The notes beneath the pieces are model-generated. The model worked only from the letters and a program-made list of their open reading frames with translations. It searched no databases and was not told the DNA's origin. From positions 29,573-93,572 of the forward strand of contig CAYHGA010000001.1 in assembly GCA_964356225.1 (NCBI GenBank): DNA of 64,000 nt, given 5' to 3'. Within the stretch, counting starts at the first letter, position 1, and each line of letters starts with the position of its first letter. Positions 9,635-19,250 of the stretch are shown here, one piece after another. Made by a program: the position numbers and the translations under genes. This DNA is from an uncultured Gammaproteobacteria bacterium. Its GTDB lineage: Bacteria > Patescibacteriota > Microgenomatia > CAZETR01 > Amesbacteraceae.

Positions 9635-10387
9635 TTAACTCAATACGTAATCCAGTTGACTTGCAATTACTTTATTGAAATCCTGCAAAAATTGGCTTAG
9701 AAAAACTTTGGATTCAACGAGAGGAAAGAGATCATTGTAGACAAATTGGGGATCTACTAAACCGACTTTGGTTTTCACCAAGTCCCGTATTTCCGAAAGA
9801 GTCTTTTTTTCTAAAAGGGACATCAATTGTTTGATATTTGGTTTGAGCGAATAGCCGGTTTTGGCAGAAAGCTGAAGTAACCAATATATGTCGAAAACAT
9901 CCCGTCCTTTAAACGGAATTTTTTGAAACTTACCCTTGAAAAAATTTCTATTTAAAAATGCAACTATCTTATTGGCGTAAAGAGTGGGCAGATCATAAGT
10001 ATTGACAAAAAATTGACGGTTATCAGCTGTAATTAAGCTTTTTTGTACATGATATTCTTTAGTAGTAATTTTTGAAAAATCACATCTCACAAAAATATTG
10101 TCAGGAAATTTTACAAACACGGTCGCATTATTACCGGATATCTTAGTTCCGGCTGATAGATATTTACCAAGATCTTTGGCAAACGTCTGAATATCAAATG
10201 ACGTGCTTGCCGGAATATCAAAATCCAAATCTTCAGACAAACGGTTTAAACCATACACTTTACGCAAACAGGTCCCACCGGTAAAGACTAACCTGTTATA
10301 AATCCCATCGTTATATACAAAATTTAGAATCTCGTCTTGCCAACGTTCCTTTATTAGATTCCTCTGATAAGTATTATCGTCGCTCAT
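9635..10387 (-). CDS. AbiEii/AbiGii-family nucleotidyltransferase (type IV TA toxin-like)
   Basis: LVFTGGTCLRKVYGLNRLSEDLDFD is the GGT..R.S.DLD signature of the DUF1814/AbiEii nucleotidyltransferase fold. It overlaps the upstream AbiEi-like gene by 14 nt. Confidence 0.7.
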   Translation of the reverse strand: MSDDNTYQRNLIKERWQDEILNFVYNDGIYNRLVFTGGTCLRKVYGLNRLSEDLDFDIPASTSFDIQTFAKDLGKYLSAGTKISGNNATVFVKFPDNIFVRCDFSKITTKEYHVQKSLITADNRQFFVNTYDLPTLYANKIVAFLNRNFFKGKFQKIPFKGRDVFDIYWLLQLSAKTGYSLKPNIKQLMSLLEKKTLSEIRDLVKTKVGLVDPQFVYNDLFPLVESKVFLSQFLQDFNKVIASQLDYVLS

Positions 10388-11057
10388 ATAAATATTGCAA
10401 TATTTTACTCATTTTTTTTGACTTGGATTTAGTCACAATCTCTTTAAATTCTTGCATGTCTGCGGCTGTAAAAACAGTCCAATTAAACCTTGAACCGAAT
10501 AAAAACTCCCGTGTTAACTGGTCAGTTATAAGCGGAGTCAGATATATAAAATCAAACATCGCCTTGGCTGGACTGGCAATTTTGTAAGAGAAATCTCCAT
10601 AGAATCTTTGTGTATACCCCCAAAACAAACCGGGTTTGATATTCCGGTATCTAAAACTCATAAGTTTGCTCTGAAACGTCCTGGTCTTCTTGGTGGTCAC
10701 ATTTGTGATGGTATATACACTTTCTGCTAATATTCCGTAAAGTGCCAATGCGTACTCTAAAGATATATAACTATCCCGCACTATTTCGCATCCAATATAT
10801 CTTGCCAATTCTTCTGGCGCGGATGATTTTTGATACAAAGTTTCGTTTAGATAAAATCCGGGTTTAATTGTATCCAACAAGCCTGCCTTTATGAGAGACC
10901 TAATGCGATAATCCAAAGTGCGGCGGTTGTTACCTAAAAGCACCTCTAGATTTTGCCTGGTAAAAAATGGGGCCGTGCTTTCTGAGATCAGTTTCTTGTA
11001 GTCTATTTCCATATGCACATAATTATATGTGCAACCGGAAACGGAGTCAAGTAGCAA
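10374..11057 (-). CDS. AbiEi-like antitoxin / transcriptional regulator
   Basis: N-terminal wHTH-like region (TRQNLEVLLGNNRRTLDYRIRSLIKAGLL) followed by a C-terminal domain. The probable true start is the ATG of MEIDYKK near 11012. Confidence 0.6.
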   Translation of the reverse strand: MLLDSVSGCTYNYVHMEIDYKKLISESTAPFFTRQNLEVLLGNNRRTLDYRIRSLIKAGLLDTIKPGFYLNETLYQKSSAPEELARYIGCEIVRDSYISLEYALALYGILAESVYTITNVTTKKTRTFQSKLMSFRYRNIKPGLFWGYTQRFYGDFSYKIASPAKAMFDFIYLTPLITDQLTREFLFGSRFNWTVFTAADMQEFKEIVTKSKSKKMSKILQYLYERR

Positions 11058-11099
11058 TTATGTTGCAAATAGGGGTGAGAAAGTAGATAATAGCAAGTA

Positions 11100-12374
11100 A
11101 TGGATCAACTTATTCCAACTATTACGGCAGAACCTCCTAAAACTAACTGGTTACTATTTTTGTTGGTGGGAATAGTTATTTTGAGTATGGGAATTGGGAT
11201 TGGATTATTTTTGGCAAAAAATATTTATCCGCCTTTGCAAAGTCTGCCCGCTTCAACTCCTTCTCCAACCCCAATCGCCGACCCCACCGCCAACTGGAAA
11301 ACATATACAATTGAAAAATTTGGAATCCAATTTAAACTTCCAAGCAAACTAAGCACTCTCGGGGATCTGGATATAAAAGAATGTGCTGGCGAAAAAGGCA
11401 TGGAATTTAGCGCCACACTACCCTCCAACAAATCATCCGGATATCTCATTTCCGTAGTCTATGCGGGAGGAGGATGTGCCGCACATAATCTATTCAGTAT
11501 GGGTGCAGTATCTTCTGATTATGAAGCCGGAAGAAGCAGGAGATTTACCGATACAAATGGGTACGTTTCCAAAACCGGAACATATTATTGCGTTGGCCCC
11601 GGTGCGGTCAGAAATGATGAAGTTCCGAGCCATCTCGCAAAAGAAATGGTTTCTAAAAATGGAGTTACCGTGTTGAGGATCATGGGTGAAGATGAATCCT
11701 ATGGAACTTGGCCAAAACTCTGTACTCCCGGCAGTGGCAAGATAGGAGCCTTAGTTAATCTTTCCAATAATAAAACGTTCCCGGGAATTGCAATCCAAAT
11801 GGATGTGACAGATCAACTTTCAGAAAACCTATTTGACCAAATCCTCTCCACGTTTAAATTCACGGGTGTCTCGGTCACTCCAACGCCAACTCCAACTCCA
11901 ACCATCACGCCAACCTCTAATCCAAAGACAACATATATCGTTCCCACTAGCTGGAAAAGACTTACCACCCAAAGTGGCCTGAATCTGTGTTTGCCACCCA
12001 AATGGGAAGTTGAGGCCTACGACCACCTTATTTTTAATCGGGATGAGGGATACAAACCGAGCATTACCTATATTACAAACCTTCCTTATTCAGGTGGCTC
12101 ACGGCGTGAAGCGTATTTTGCCTATTGGGTACAGGAATATCCGGATGTAAAGCAATTAGTTTCCGTAGCGGACACCGATATAAACGGAAATTCCGCCCTG
12201 ACTATCTATCCGGCGAACTCTTCTGACCCCAAGACATCCCCCGAGGGGTTAACGGTAGTCTGGTTTTCCGCCGGAAAACTATGGAAAGCGGGCCTGTCTG
12301 GTTGGAATATGACCAACGCCTCGCAAACGTCTTTTCTGAAGGACTTTTACACGATGATTAGCTGTAGCTTCTAA
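11100..12374 (+). CDS. Membrane-anchored secreted protein, paralog A (signal anchor, DPTANWKTYT motif, TP linker)
   Basis: N-terminal TM helix, TPSPTPIADPTANWKTYT, an internal TPTPTPTPTITPT linker and the QILSTFKF motif shared with the 13324..14019 protein. Confidence 0.6.
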   Translation: MDQLIPTITAEPPKTNWLLFLLVGIVILSMGIGIGLFLAKNIYPPLQSLPASTPSPTPIADPTANWKTYTIEKFGIQFKLPSKLSTLGDLDIKECAGEKGMEFSATLPSNKSSGYLISVVYAGGGCAAHNLFSMGAVSSDYEAGRSRRFTDTNGYVSKTGTYYCVGPGAVRNDEVPSHLAKEMVSKNGVTVLRIMGEDESYGTWPKLCTPGSGKIGALVNLSNNKTFPGIAIQMDVTDQLSENLFDQILSTFKFTGVSVTPTPTPTPTITPTSNPKTTYIVPTSWKRLTTQSGLNLCLPPKWEVEAYDHLIFNRDEGYKPSITYITNLPYSGGSRREAYFAYWVQEYPDVKQLVSVADTDINGNSALTIYPANSSDPKTSPEGLTVVWFSAGKLWKAGLSGWNMTNASQTSFLKDFYTMISCSF

Positions 12375-12421
12375 GTAACCGGCACTCACTAATCTGTCGT
12401 AGTTTGGGGTATAATTGAGAT

Positions 12422-12667
12422 ATGAGCTCTACCAGACCATATTTTTTGTGGGATTATGATTTGACCGAGAATGACGTCAGGAGGATTCTGCGTGGGGAAA
12501 ATCAAACAGACAAGATTTGGATTATGTCGAGGATTCTGGAAAGCGCCAAGTTTGAAGATGTTTGGAAATATACAACCTTGTCTGATGTCAGATCGATGAT
12601 GCCGATATTAAAAATCAAAAAACCTATCCGTCAAGCCTGGGAACGGGCCTTAACAATATGGCAGTAA
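12422..12667 (+). CDS. Small protein resembling the C-terminal domain of the AbiEi-like antitoxin (truncated antitoxin?)
   Basis: YFLWDYDLTENDVRRIL...MSRILE aligns by eye with FLFGSRFNWTVFTAADMQEFKEI...MSKILQYL at the C-terminus of the 10374..11057 protein. A TATAAT sits directly upstream, and the ORF overlaps the following NTase gene by 10 nt. Confidence 0.4.
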   Translation: MSSTRPYFLWDYDLTENDVRRILRGENQTDKIWIMSRILESAKFEDVWKYTTLSDVRSMMPILKIKKPIRQAWERALTIWQ

Positions 12668-13320
12668 ATTACGTACTCCAAGACAAATTTTTGAATTTAT
12701 TTTTTTTCGGCCGTTTTGCAGCGGATTTTTATCTGACGGGCGGTACAGCTCTGGTACGATTTTATTTTCAGCACCGCGAAAGTGTAGATTTGGATTTGTT
12801 TAGCCAAAATCAACAGTTGGATTTTTCGGCTGTAAATTTAGAGGTTGAACGTATTGGCCGTGAGTTAAAACTAATAACTATCAAACAAGTGACCACGAAC
12901 ACTTTTTTGCAATTTATATTTGAAAGTACAGAGGGAGATACATTGAAGGTGGATGTAGTTAAGGATATTCCGGTACATTTTGGAGAGTTTAAACAAGAGG
13001 GTAAAGTGAGATTGGACTCATTGGAAAATATAGGTTCAAATAAAATCACAGCTATTTTTGGCCGGACTGATCACAAAGATTTTATTGATTTATATTACAT
13101 TTTAAATAAGACAGATTTTACATTCGAACATTTGGTTTCGCTGGCTAAGCAGAAAGATTTGGGGTTAACCGAATTTTATCTGGCCAATTCGATTGATCAA
13201 ATTGAGCAGACTTCACAAATGCCGGTCTTACTAAAACCACTTGATATAAAGAAATACAACGAATTTTACAAAAAACTTTCCCGGGATTTATTTTTAAAAA
13301 TCAAACCAGAAGATAAATAA
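12658..13320 (+). CDS. AbiEii-family nucleotidyltransferase, second copy
   Basis: FYLTGGTALVRFYFQHRESVDLDLF carries the same GGT..R.S.DLD signature. Confidence 0.7.
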   Translation: MAVNYVLQDKFLNLFFFGRFAADFYLTGGTALVRFYFQHRESVDLDLFSQNQQLDFSAVNLEVERIGRELKLITIKQVTTNTFLQFIFESTEGDTLKVDVVKDIPVHFGEFKQEGKVRLDSLENIGSNKITAIFGRTDHKDFIDLYYILNKTDFTFEHLVSLAKQKDLGLTEFYLANSIDQIEQTSQMPVLLKPLDIKKYNEFYKKLSRDLFLKIKPEDK

Positions 13321-13323
13321 TCT

Positions 13324-14019
13324 ATGGATCAACCTATTCCAACTATTTCTCCGGTCGCCCCATCTCCCAAAACCAACTGGCTATTATTTTTGTTGACAGG
13401 AGTTGTGATTTTATTGGTTGGTATCACTGCCGGGCTTGTGATCGGAAAGTATATTTATGCTCCCAAACCCACCCCAACGGCCGACCCCACCGCCAACTGG
13501 AAAACATATACCAGTAATAAATATGATTATCAATTCAAATATCCCCAAATTCCACCCGAGGCCTCCAGCGCATTTAAATTTTCACTTAACGACAAACTGT
13601 CTGAACTATGGGGACCAGACAATCTAATTTTTAGAATTGAAGTATTTGAAAATATCAACAATCCGCAACTTTGGTGGGAAAATCAAGCTATTGAACCATT
13701 TACTAAACTGGCGGTGAACAACTTTGACTTCACAGAGACAACGCTAAACAGCTATCCAGGATACTCTGCTCAGGTCAAAACAGAATTTCAAGAACCAAAA
13801 AAGGTGTTTAGAACGTATGTGCTTAGCAATAATGATAATGTGTATCTAATTCACTCAGATTATGGTCAGTGGAGTAACCAAATCCTCTCCACGTTTAAGT
13901 TTGTGGAGCAGGCAACGCCGAAGCCGACGTGCAAGCCCAGACCGGCTTGCTTAGATACTTCACCCCGCTGTCTGCTTCCGGAAACATCTGACATGTGTCC
14001 ACCAAATCAGAAGTTATAA
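13324..14019 (+). CDS. Membrane-anchored secreted protein, paralog B
   Basis: The N-terminus (MDQPIPTISPVAPSPKTNWLLFLL...DPTANWKTYT) and the C-terminal NQILSTFKF are near-identical in pattern to the 11100..12374 protein. It starts 4 nt after the NTase stop. Confidence 0.6.
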   Translation: MDQPIPTISPVAPSPKTNWLLFLLTGVVILLVGITAGLVIGKYIYAPKPTPTADPTANWKTYTSNKYDYQFKYPQIPPEASSAFKFSLNDKLSELWGPDNLIFRIEVFENINNPQLWWENQAIEPFTKLAVNNFDFTETTLNSYPGYSAQVKTEFQEPKKVFRTYVLSNNDNVYLIHSDYGQWSNQILSTFKFVEQATPKPTCKPRPACLDTSPRCLLPETSDMCPPNQKL

Positions 14020-14403
14020 CGAATGGGAGTGTGATTTAAGCCAGGATGAGATTTCTTTGACTCCTGGTTTGGAATTGTCGACATAAACCATAAAATCTGC
14101 GGCTTCTTTGCGGTTTGATTTGAGGTGATAACCATTATCCCAGAGAAATTTATGAGTTACGGTCCAAGCTGTGCGTTTGTTGCCGTCGGTAAACGGGTGA
14201 TTTAAGCAAACGGATTGCAGGAGGGCCGCGGCTTTGGCAAAAAGGGTGGGGTAAAGATCTTGACCAGCGTAGGTAGCTTTGGGCCGCTCGAGGGCAGAAT
14301 GGAGGAGAGCAAAATCGCGAACCGCTGCTTTGGTGCCAGCCCTGACAATGATTATTTCATGAATACGATAGGCCTCTTCTATATTAACGATCTGCCAGTT
14401 CAT
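14014..14403 (-). CDS. doc: Doc (death-on-curing) Fic-family toxin
   Basis: HPFTDGNKRTA matches the Doc variant of the Fic motif, HxFx(D/N)GNKR. Confidence 0.8.
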   Translation of the reverse strand: MNWQIVNIEEAYRIHEIIIVRAGTKAAVRDFALLHSALERPKATYAGQDLYPTLFAKAAALLQSVCLNHPFTDGNKRTAWTVTHKFLWDNGYHLKSNRKEAADFMVYVDNSKPGVKEISSWLKSHSHSL

Positions 14404-14665
14404 CGAGAATTTCGGCGTTCTCTTTCATAAAAACGCTAAGCCATTTTTGAAAACCTGCGTCGGATTTTCTAATTTTGGGAGAAGTTTTTTTTATAACAAT
14501 GGTAGTATCGTCTGCTGTCCCCACTAAGACCTTGCTACCAATTTTGAGATTGAGATCGGCCAGGACATCGCTAGGGATAGCGATAACTTGACTATTGCCG
14601 GCTTTGAAAATAGTTTGGAGTTGCATTGTACTAACAATGTTAGTACATAAAATTTTGCTTGTCAA
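14384..14665 (-). CDS. AbrB/MazE/SpoVT-fold antitoxin (Phd functional equivalent)
   Basis: IFKAGNSQVIAIPSDVLADLNLKIGSKV is a swapped-hairpin AbrB-type DNA-binding domain. The ORF overlaps the doc start. Confidence 0.65.
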   Translation of the reverse strand: MTSKILCTNIVSTMQLQTIFKAGNSQVIAIPSDVLADLNLKIGSKVLVGTADDTTIVIKKTSPKIRKSDAGFQKWLSVFMKENAEILDELADR

Positions 14666-14865
14666 GAGGGCTTGAGAGGCGTACCACCACGGTGGAAAAA
14701 GTGGCGGAGATGGGTGGAGAGTTCTTTGGGAGATTTGCCTTTAAACTGTTTGACGGAGGTGCGGATATCGCGCAAGAGGAGGACGGTTTCAATGGCCACG
14801 AAGACCAGAAGAATGGTCAAGGTGACAATAACTACAACGAGTAAGAATTGAGCGAGATTAGTCAT
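14662..14865 (-). CDS. Small single-pass membrane protein
   Basis: FLLVVVIVTLTILLVFVAI TM helix; coupled by 4-nt overlaps to rodZ upstream and the antitoxin gene downstream. Confidence 0.4.
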   Translation of the reverse strand: MTNLAQFLLVVVIVTLTILLVFVAIETVLLLRDIRTSVKQFKGKSPKELSTHLRHFFHRGGTPLKPS

Positions 14866-15494
14866 TTTTTAATTACGGTACGAATTTGGCTTGCCGTTTT
14901 ACCGGATTTAGAGGTGGCAATTACGGAAATAATATTGTCTCCGGCGGTTAAAGGCAAGCGGAGGAAAAAACGGCCGCCTTTTTCCAGGGCAACTAAATCC
15001 CCATTAACGGAAATGGTGGCTTCCGGGCTAGTGGTGCCTGTGATTTCTATAGTGGATTCAGTGGTCACTTGCTTATTGATGGGAGTGATTAGGCGCAGGG
15101 GGGGCGGACCGGTAAGCACCCGGTATTGAAAAATTAAATATGCCCCAAAGAGAGTGAAAATAAAAGTGATGACGGCGATTAAAGTAGTACGCGGGGTCCA
15201 AAAGCTGATTTCACTTACCGGTTTGACCATGCCCCGGGGGACAATTTGTCCTTGTTCGTTTTCCACAAAATCCCGGCGGAAAATAGCCTGGGTGGCCAAG
15301 CGGTTCAAACTCAAAAATTCGCAATAATTACGGATGAAACCCCGGGCTACGGCCCCAGAAGGCAGACGGCCATAGTCGTCGGCTTCGATGGCCTCTAGAA
15401 AACTAACCCGGATACGGGTGATGCGAGAAACGTCTTTAAGATCGAGCTTTTGGGCGTTACGGGCTGCCTGGAGGACTTGACCGACTGTCTTCAT
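14862..15494 (-). CDS. rodZ: RodZ-like cytoskeleton protein (XRE HTH, TM, C-terminal domain)
   Basis: N-terminal HTH (GQVLQAARNAQKLDLKDVSRITRIRVSFLEAIE), a central TM helix and a C-terminal beta-rich domain. Confidence 0.65.
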   Translation of the reverse strand: MKTVGQVLQAARNAQKLDLKDVSRITRIRVSFLEAIEADDYGRLPSGAVARGFIRNYCEFLSLNRLATQAIFRRDFVENEQGQIVPRGMVKPVSEISFWTPRTTLIAVITFIFTLFGAYLIFQYRVLTGPPPLRLITPINKQVTTESTIEITGTTSPEATISVNGDLVALEKGGRFFLRLPLTAGDNIISVIATSKSGKTASQIRTVIKK

Positions 15495-17604
15495 TTCTGA
15501 TTTGGTCTAGATTTTTAATAAGAATTTCCCGGGGTTTGGCGCCGTCCGCAGGACCGATCATGCCGGCCTGTTGAAGCTCATCCAGGATCCGGGCGGCCCG
15601 GGCATAGCCAATACTCAACTTGCGCTGCAAGAAGGAAGCCGAGGCGTTGTTGGCTTGGAGAATAAGACGGACAGCGTCTTCGAATAAAGGATCGCGGTCT
15701 TCACCGTTGGGAGAAATAAAGGAACTACCAGCCCGGCCTTTAATACCGACCGGCATAGAAGTGACTTCTTCGGTGTAATGAGGGGCAATCCCCTGTTTTT
15801 TCAAAAATTCGATCAGGGAGTGAATTTCTTTATCGGAAACAAAAGCCCCCTGAATACGGGTGGGTTTGGCCTGGTCCGGAGGAATGTACAACATGTCTCC
15901 CCGTCCCAGTAATTTTTCGGCGCCGGGTTGGTCGATAATGACTTTGGAATCAATCATGGAAGAAACTGCAAAAGCGATGCGGGTGGGAATATTGGCTTTG
16001 ATCAGACCGGTGATAATGTCCACAGACGGGCGTTGAGTGGCCAAAACCAAGTGAATACCGGTAGCCCGGGCCATTTGGGCAATGCGGGTGATGGCGTCTT
16101 CTACTTCTACCTGGGCGTAGAGCATAATATCGGCCAGTTCGTCGATAATGATAATGATGTACGGCAAGGCTTGAAATCCGGAAAGTTCATTGTAGGCGTC
16201 AATATTCCTGGCACCAACTTCAGCGAAAAGTTTGTAACGGCGATCCATTTCGGCGGTGGCCCACTTGAGGGCGGAAAGGACTTTGGCCGGATCGACTATG
16301 ACTGGACACAACAAGTGGGGAATACCGTTGTAATTGGTCAGCTCGACCCGTTTGGGGTCGACCATGATGAGATTGACTTCGGCCGGTGAAGTCCGGAAGA
16401 GCAGGGAACCGATAAAAGCATTGATGCAGACGGATTTGCCGGAGCCGGTGGCGCCAGCGATGAGGACGTGGGGCATTTTGGCGATATCCGCGACAAGGGC
16501 ATTTCCGGAAACGTCCAGACCTAGAGCCACGGCGAGTTTGCTCTTGTGATGCTTCATGGCATCGGATTCGAGCATTTTTCGCAAAGACACGAATTCGGGA
16601 GAGCGGTTGGGAAGCTCGATTCCCACTAAAGAACGGCCGGGAATGGGGGCTTCGATACGGACCTGGCCGGTGGGGGCAGCGAGGGCTAAGGCTAAATCGT
16701 TGGACAGGGCAGAAATTTTAGAAAGTTTTGTGCCAATGGCCACTTCCAGAGCATATTGAGTAACAGCGGGACCATAATTAATCTCGGCAACTTTAGCGAT
16801 AATACCAAAAGCATCCAGGTTTTTTTCGATGGTGTCGGCGTTGGTTTTGGTGTCTCCCCGATCGGCTTTGCCGGAAATATTTTCAGAGAGGAGGGACAGG
16901 GGTGGGAAATGCCAGGGAGAGTCGGTGGCGGAAGGTGGAGTGGGGCGGAAACTAGAGGCTGGAAACGCCGGAGTGAGAGGAAGTTTTTGTTGAGGTGGAG
17001 GCGGAGTATTGGAAGAAGCCATGCCAGAAAATTTGATGACTCTTTGGGGAAGAGCTGAGGTTTTTTCGGAGATTTTTTTGAATCGGGAAAGAAAATTTTT
17101 GAAACGGGTGAATAATTTGACAAAGAAAGCCAAAGCGTCTTCGAAAGGAATATTGAGCATAATAATCACTCCGATAAAAAGTCCGGTCAGTAAAAACAAA
17201 GCTGCGCCCGGGGAAGACAAAAAAGTGCTGCTACCCTGCCAAAGCTGAAATCCCAACTTGCCGCCGCGGGATAGACCGGAAAGGGCGGCTAAAATTACAA
17301 AGCTGCCGACGAAAACGTGGGGCTCGGCCAAGGAAGATCTGATTTTGGTAAGCATGAGGCCACCGACTATGAAGGGAAATGGCAAGAAAAAAGTAGTGAG
17401 AATGCCGAATTGAGTAGTAAGAAGAGTGTAGAGGGTGGAGAGGAGTGAGCCTTGTTTGGTGAAAGACAGCCAGATGAGGCCGGCGATGGCAAAGAGAAGG
17501 ACGGCAGTGATGGAATTAATGGTGGTTTTTTTAAGCTTAACCTTGAATGAAGTTTTACGACCAAAGAAAGCGCGTGTTCTGGGCATGAAGTTATTATACC
17601 TCAA
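15457..17604 (-). CDS. ftsK: DNA translocase FtsK/SpoIIIE
   Basis: N-terminal TM helices, Walker A (GATGSGKS), Walker B and a C-terminal gamma wHTH domain (LFEDAVRLIL...FLQRKLSIGYARAARILDELQ). Confidence 0.9.
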   Translation of the reverse strand: MRYNNFMPRTRAFFGRKTSFKVKLKKTTINSITAVLLFAIAGLIWLSFTKQGSLLSTLYTLLTTQFGILTTFFLPFPFIVGGLMLTKIRSSLAEPHVFVGSFVILAALSGLSRGGKLGFQLWQGSSTFLSSPGAALFLLTGLFIGVIIMLNIPFEDALAFFVKLFTRFKNFLSRFKKISEKTSALPQRVIKFSGMASSNTPPPPQQKLPLTPAFPASSFRPTPPSATDSPWHFPPLSLLSENISGKADRGDTKTNADTIEKNLDAFGIIAKVAEINYGPAVTQYALEVAIGTKLSKISALSNDLALALAAPTGQVRIEAPIPGRSLVGIELPNRSPEFVSLRKMLESDAMKHHKSKLAVALGLDVSGNALVADIAKMPHVLIAGATGSGKSVCINAFIGSLLFRTSPAEVNLIMVDPKRVELTNYNGIPHLLCPVIVDPAKVLSALKWATAEMDRRYKLFAEVGARNIDAYNELSGFQALPYIIIIIDELADIMLYAQVEVEDAITRIAQMARATGIHLVLATQRPSVDIITGLIKANIPTRIAFAVSSMIDSKVIIDQPGAEKLLGRGDMLYIPPDQAKPTRIQGAFVSDKEIHSLIEFLKKQGIAPHYTEEVTSMPVGIKGRAGSSFISPNGEDRDPLFEDAVRLILQANNASASFLQRKLSIGYARAARILDELQQAGMIGPADGAKPREILIKNLDQIRNEDSRSSPPGSP

Positions 17605-19249
17605 CTACGACCGGGAGAATCATGGGGCGGCGGCCGGTACGGTCGAAGAAGAAATGTTCCAAGACATCGGCGGCAACTTCACGCACTTGACGATCAGAAT
17701 CAATATGCCCTTGGCGCTTGGCCAGAGCAAGCTTTAAGGTTTGGCTGCCCTGGTTTAAGAGATTGGAATTTTCCTTACCAAAAACAAAACCGCGGCTGAT
17801 AAGATCTATGTTTTCGATTTGGGAGAGCTGGTTTTGTTTGGCTTGGATAACGGCGACCACTACGCCTTCTTCGGCTAAAACCTGACGATCACGTAAGACC
17901 ACGTGGCCAACATCACCGACTCCCAGGCCGTCAACCATGACGTTTTTAACGTCAACTACCGGGCCGGTTTTAACGGTTTCGGGGGTGACTTCAATAGTCT
18001 GGTTATATTCCGGCAAGAGAATTTGCGCTTCTTGGTAGCCCATGGATTGAGCAAGCCGGGAATATTGGACCATGTGGCGGTAAGTGCCGCCAATGGGGAT
18101 TAAATATTTGGGCCGGGTGAGAGCCATCATTAAAAGCAGATCCTGTTGGCTGCCGTGGCCGGAGACGTGCAAATTGTCGGTAATATTTGAGTAAACCACG
18201 GTGCCTCCCAATTTGGAGAGAGAGTCAATAAGGGACTGGGTGGCAGACTCGGTGCCGGGGATATAATCGGAGGAGAAAACTATTTTGTCTCCGGGTTTAA
18301 TAGTAGCGTCCTGATGTTCGCCCATGCCGAGGCGTTCCATAGCCGATCCGGTTTGGCCCTGGGAACCGGCTACTAACAAACACAAATTTTGCGGGGGCAT
18401 GCGGCGGGCTTGTTTGGGGTCGATAAGTACTCCTTTGGGAACTTTGATGTACCCTAAGTTTTGAGCCACGTTTAAATTGCGGCCAATGGAACGGCCAAGA
18501 ATAGCCACTCTGCGTCCGTGGCGGATGGCGGCGTCGATGGCCTGGCGAAAACGGCTGATGTTGCTACCCATAGTGGTAACGATAAATTTTCCGGGGCAAT
18601 TATTGATTTCCCGCTCAAACATCTCTTCCAGAGTTTTTTCGGAAGGCGTGTACCCCTTGCGCTCACTACCTAGACAATCGGAAAGAAGAAGGTGCACCCC
18701 GGAATTGCCGGCGGCGGCGATGCGGCCAACGTCGGGAAGGACGCCATCTACAGGGGAAAAATCGAACTTAAAGTCACTGCCGTGGTAGATGGTACCGACG
18801 GGGGTTTTAATAATTAAATTGGTGGCGTCGGGGATGGAATGAGATATGCGGGTAGACTCGACTGTAAATTTTCCTAAGGTCAGCGGTTGGCCGGGAATTA
18901 AGATGTTGACTTGTTTAGGAACCCCTTGATATTCGGCTAGTTTTTCCATGACCAGGTGAGCGGTGAGTTTACTGGCGTAAACCGAGACGCTTTTGAGTTG
19001 AGGGAGGATATAAGGGAGAGCGCCGGTATGGTCTTCGTGACCATGAGTAAGAACCAGGGCTTTGATGTGATTAATTTTGTTCTTGAGATATGAAATGTCG
19101 GGAATCAATAGATCCACCCCCAGCATGTCTTCGGTAGGAAAACCGATGCCGCAATCGACCAGTAAAATATCGTCTGCGTACTCATAGACGAACATGTTGG
19201 AAGTGACTTTGCCAAATCCCCCGAGGGAAATTATTTTTAAGCTATCCAT
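17594..19249 (-). CDS. rnj: Ribonuclease J (metallo-beta-lactamase / beta-CASP)
   Basis: HGHEDHTG metal-binding motif and a beta-CASP arrangement; 551 aa. Confidence 0.88.
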   Translation of the reverse strand: MDSLKIISLGGFGKVTSNMFVYEYADDILLVDCGIGFPTEDMLGVDLLIPDISYLKNKINHIKALVLTHGHEDHTGALPYILPQLKSVSVYASKLTAHLVMEKLAEYQGVPKQVNILIPGQPLTLGKFTVESTRISHSIPDATNLIIKTPVGTIYHGSDFKFDFSPVDGVLPDVGRIAAAGNSGVHLLLSDCLGSERKGYTPSEKTLEEMFEREINNCPGKFIVTTMGSNISRFRQAIDAAIRHGRRVAILGRSIGRNLNVAQNLGYIKVPKGVLIDPKQARRMPPQNLCLLVAGSQGQTGSAMERLGMGEHQDATIKPGDKIVFSSDYIPGTESATQSLIDSLSKLGGTVVYSNITDNLHVSGHGSQQDLLLMMALTRPKYLIPIGGTYRHMVQYSRLAQSMGYQEAQILLPEYNQTIEVTPETVKTGPVVDVKNVMVDGLGVGDVGHVVLRDRQVLAEEGVVVAVIQAKQNQLSQIENIDLISRGFVFGKENSNLLNQGSQTLKLALAKRQGHIDSDRQVREVAADVLEHFFFDRTGRRPMILPVVVEV

Positions 19250-19250
19250 A

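Noticed and set aside
16692-17123. Minus-strand 143-aa ORF and other ORFs inside ftsK
   Set aside because: Alternative frames within the FtsK N-terminal and linker region. The Pro/Ser-rich translation is an artefact of the GC-rich linker.
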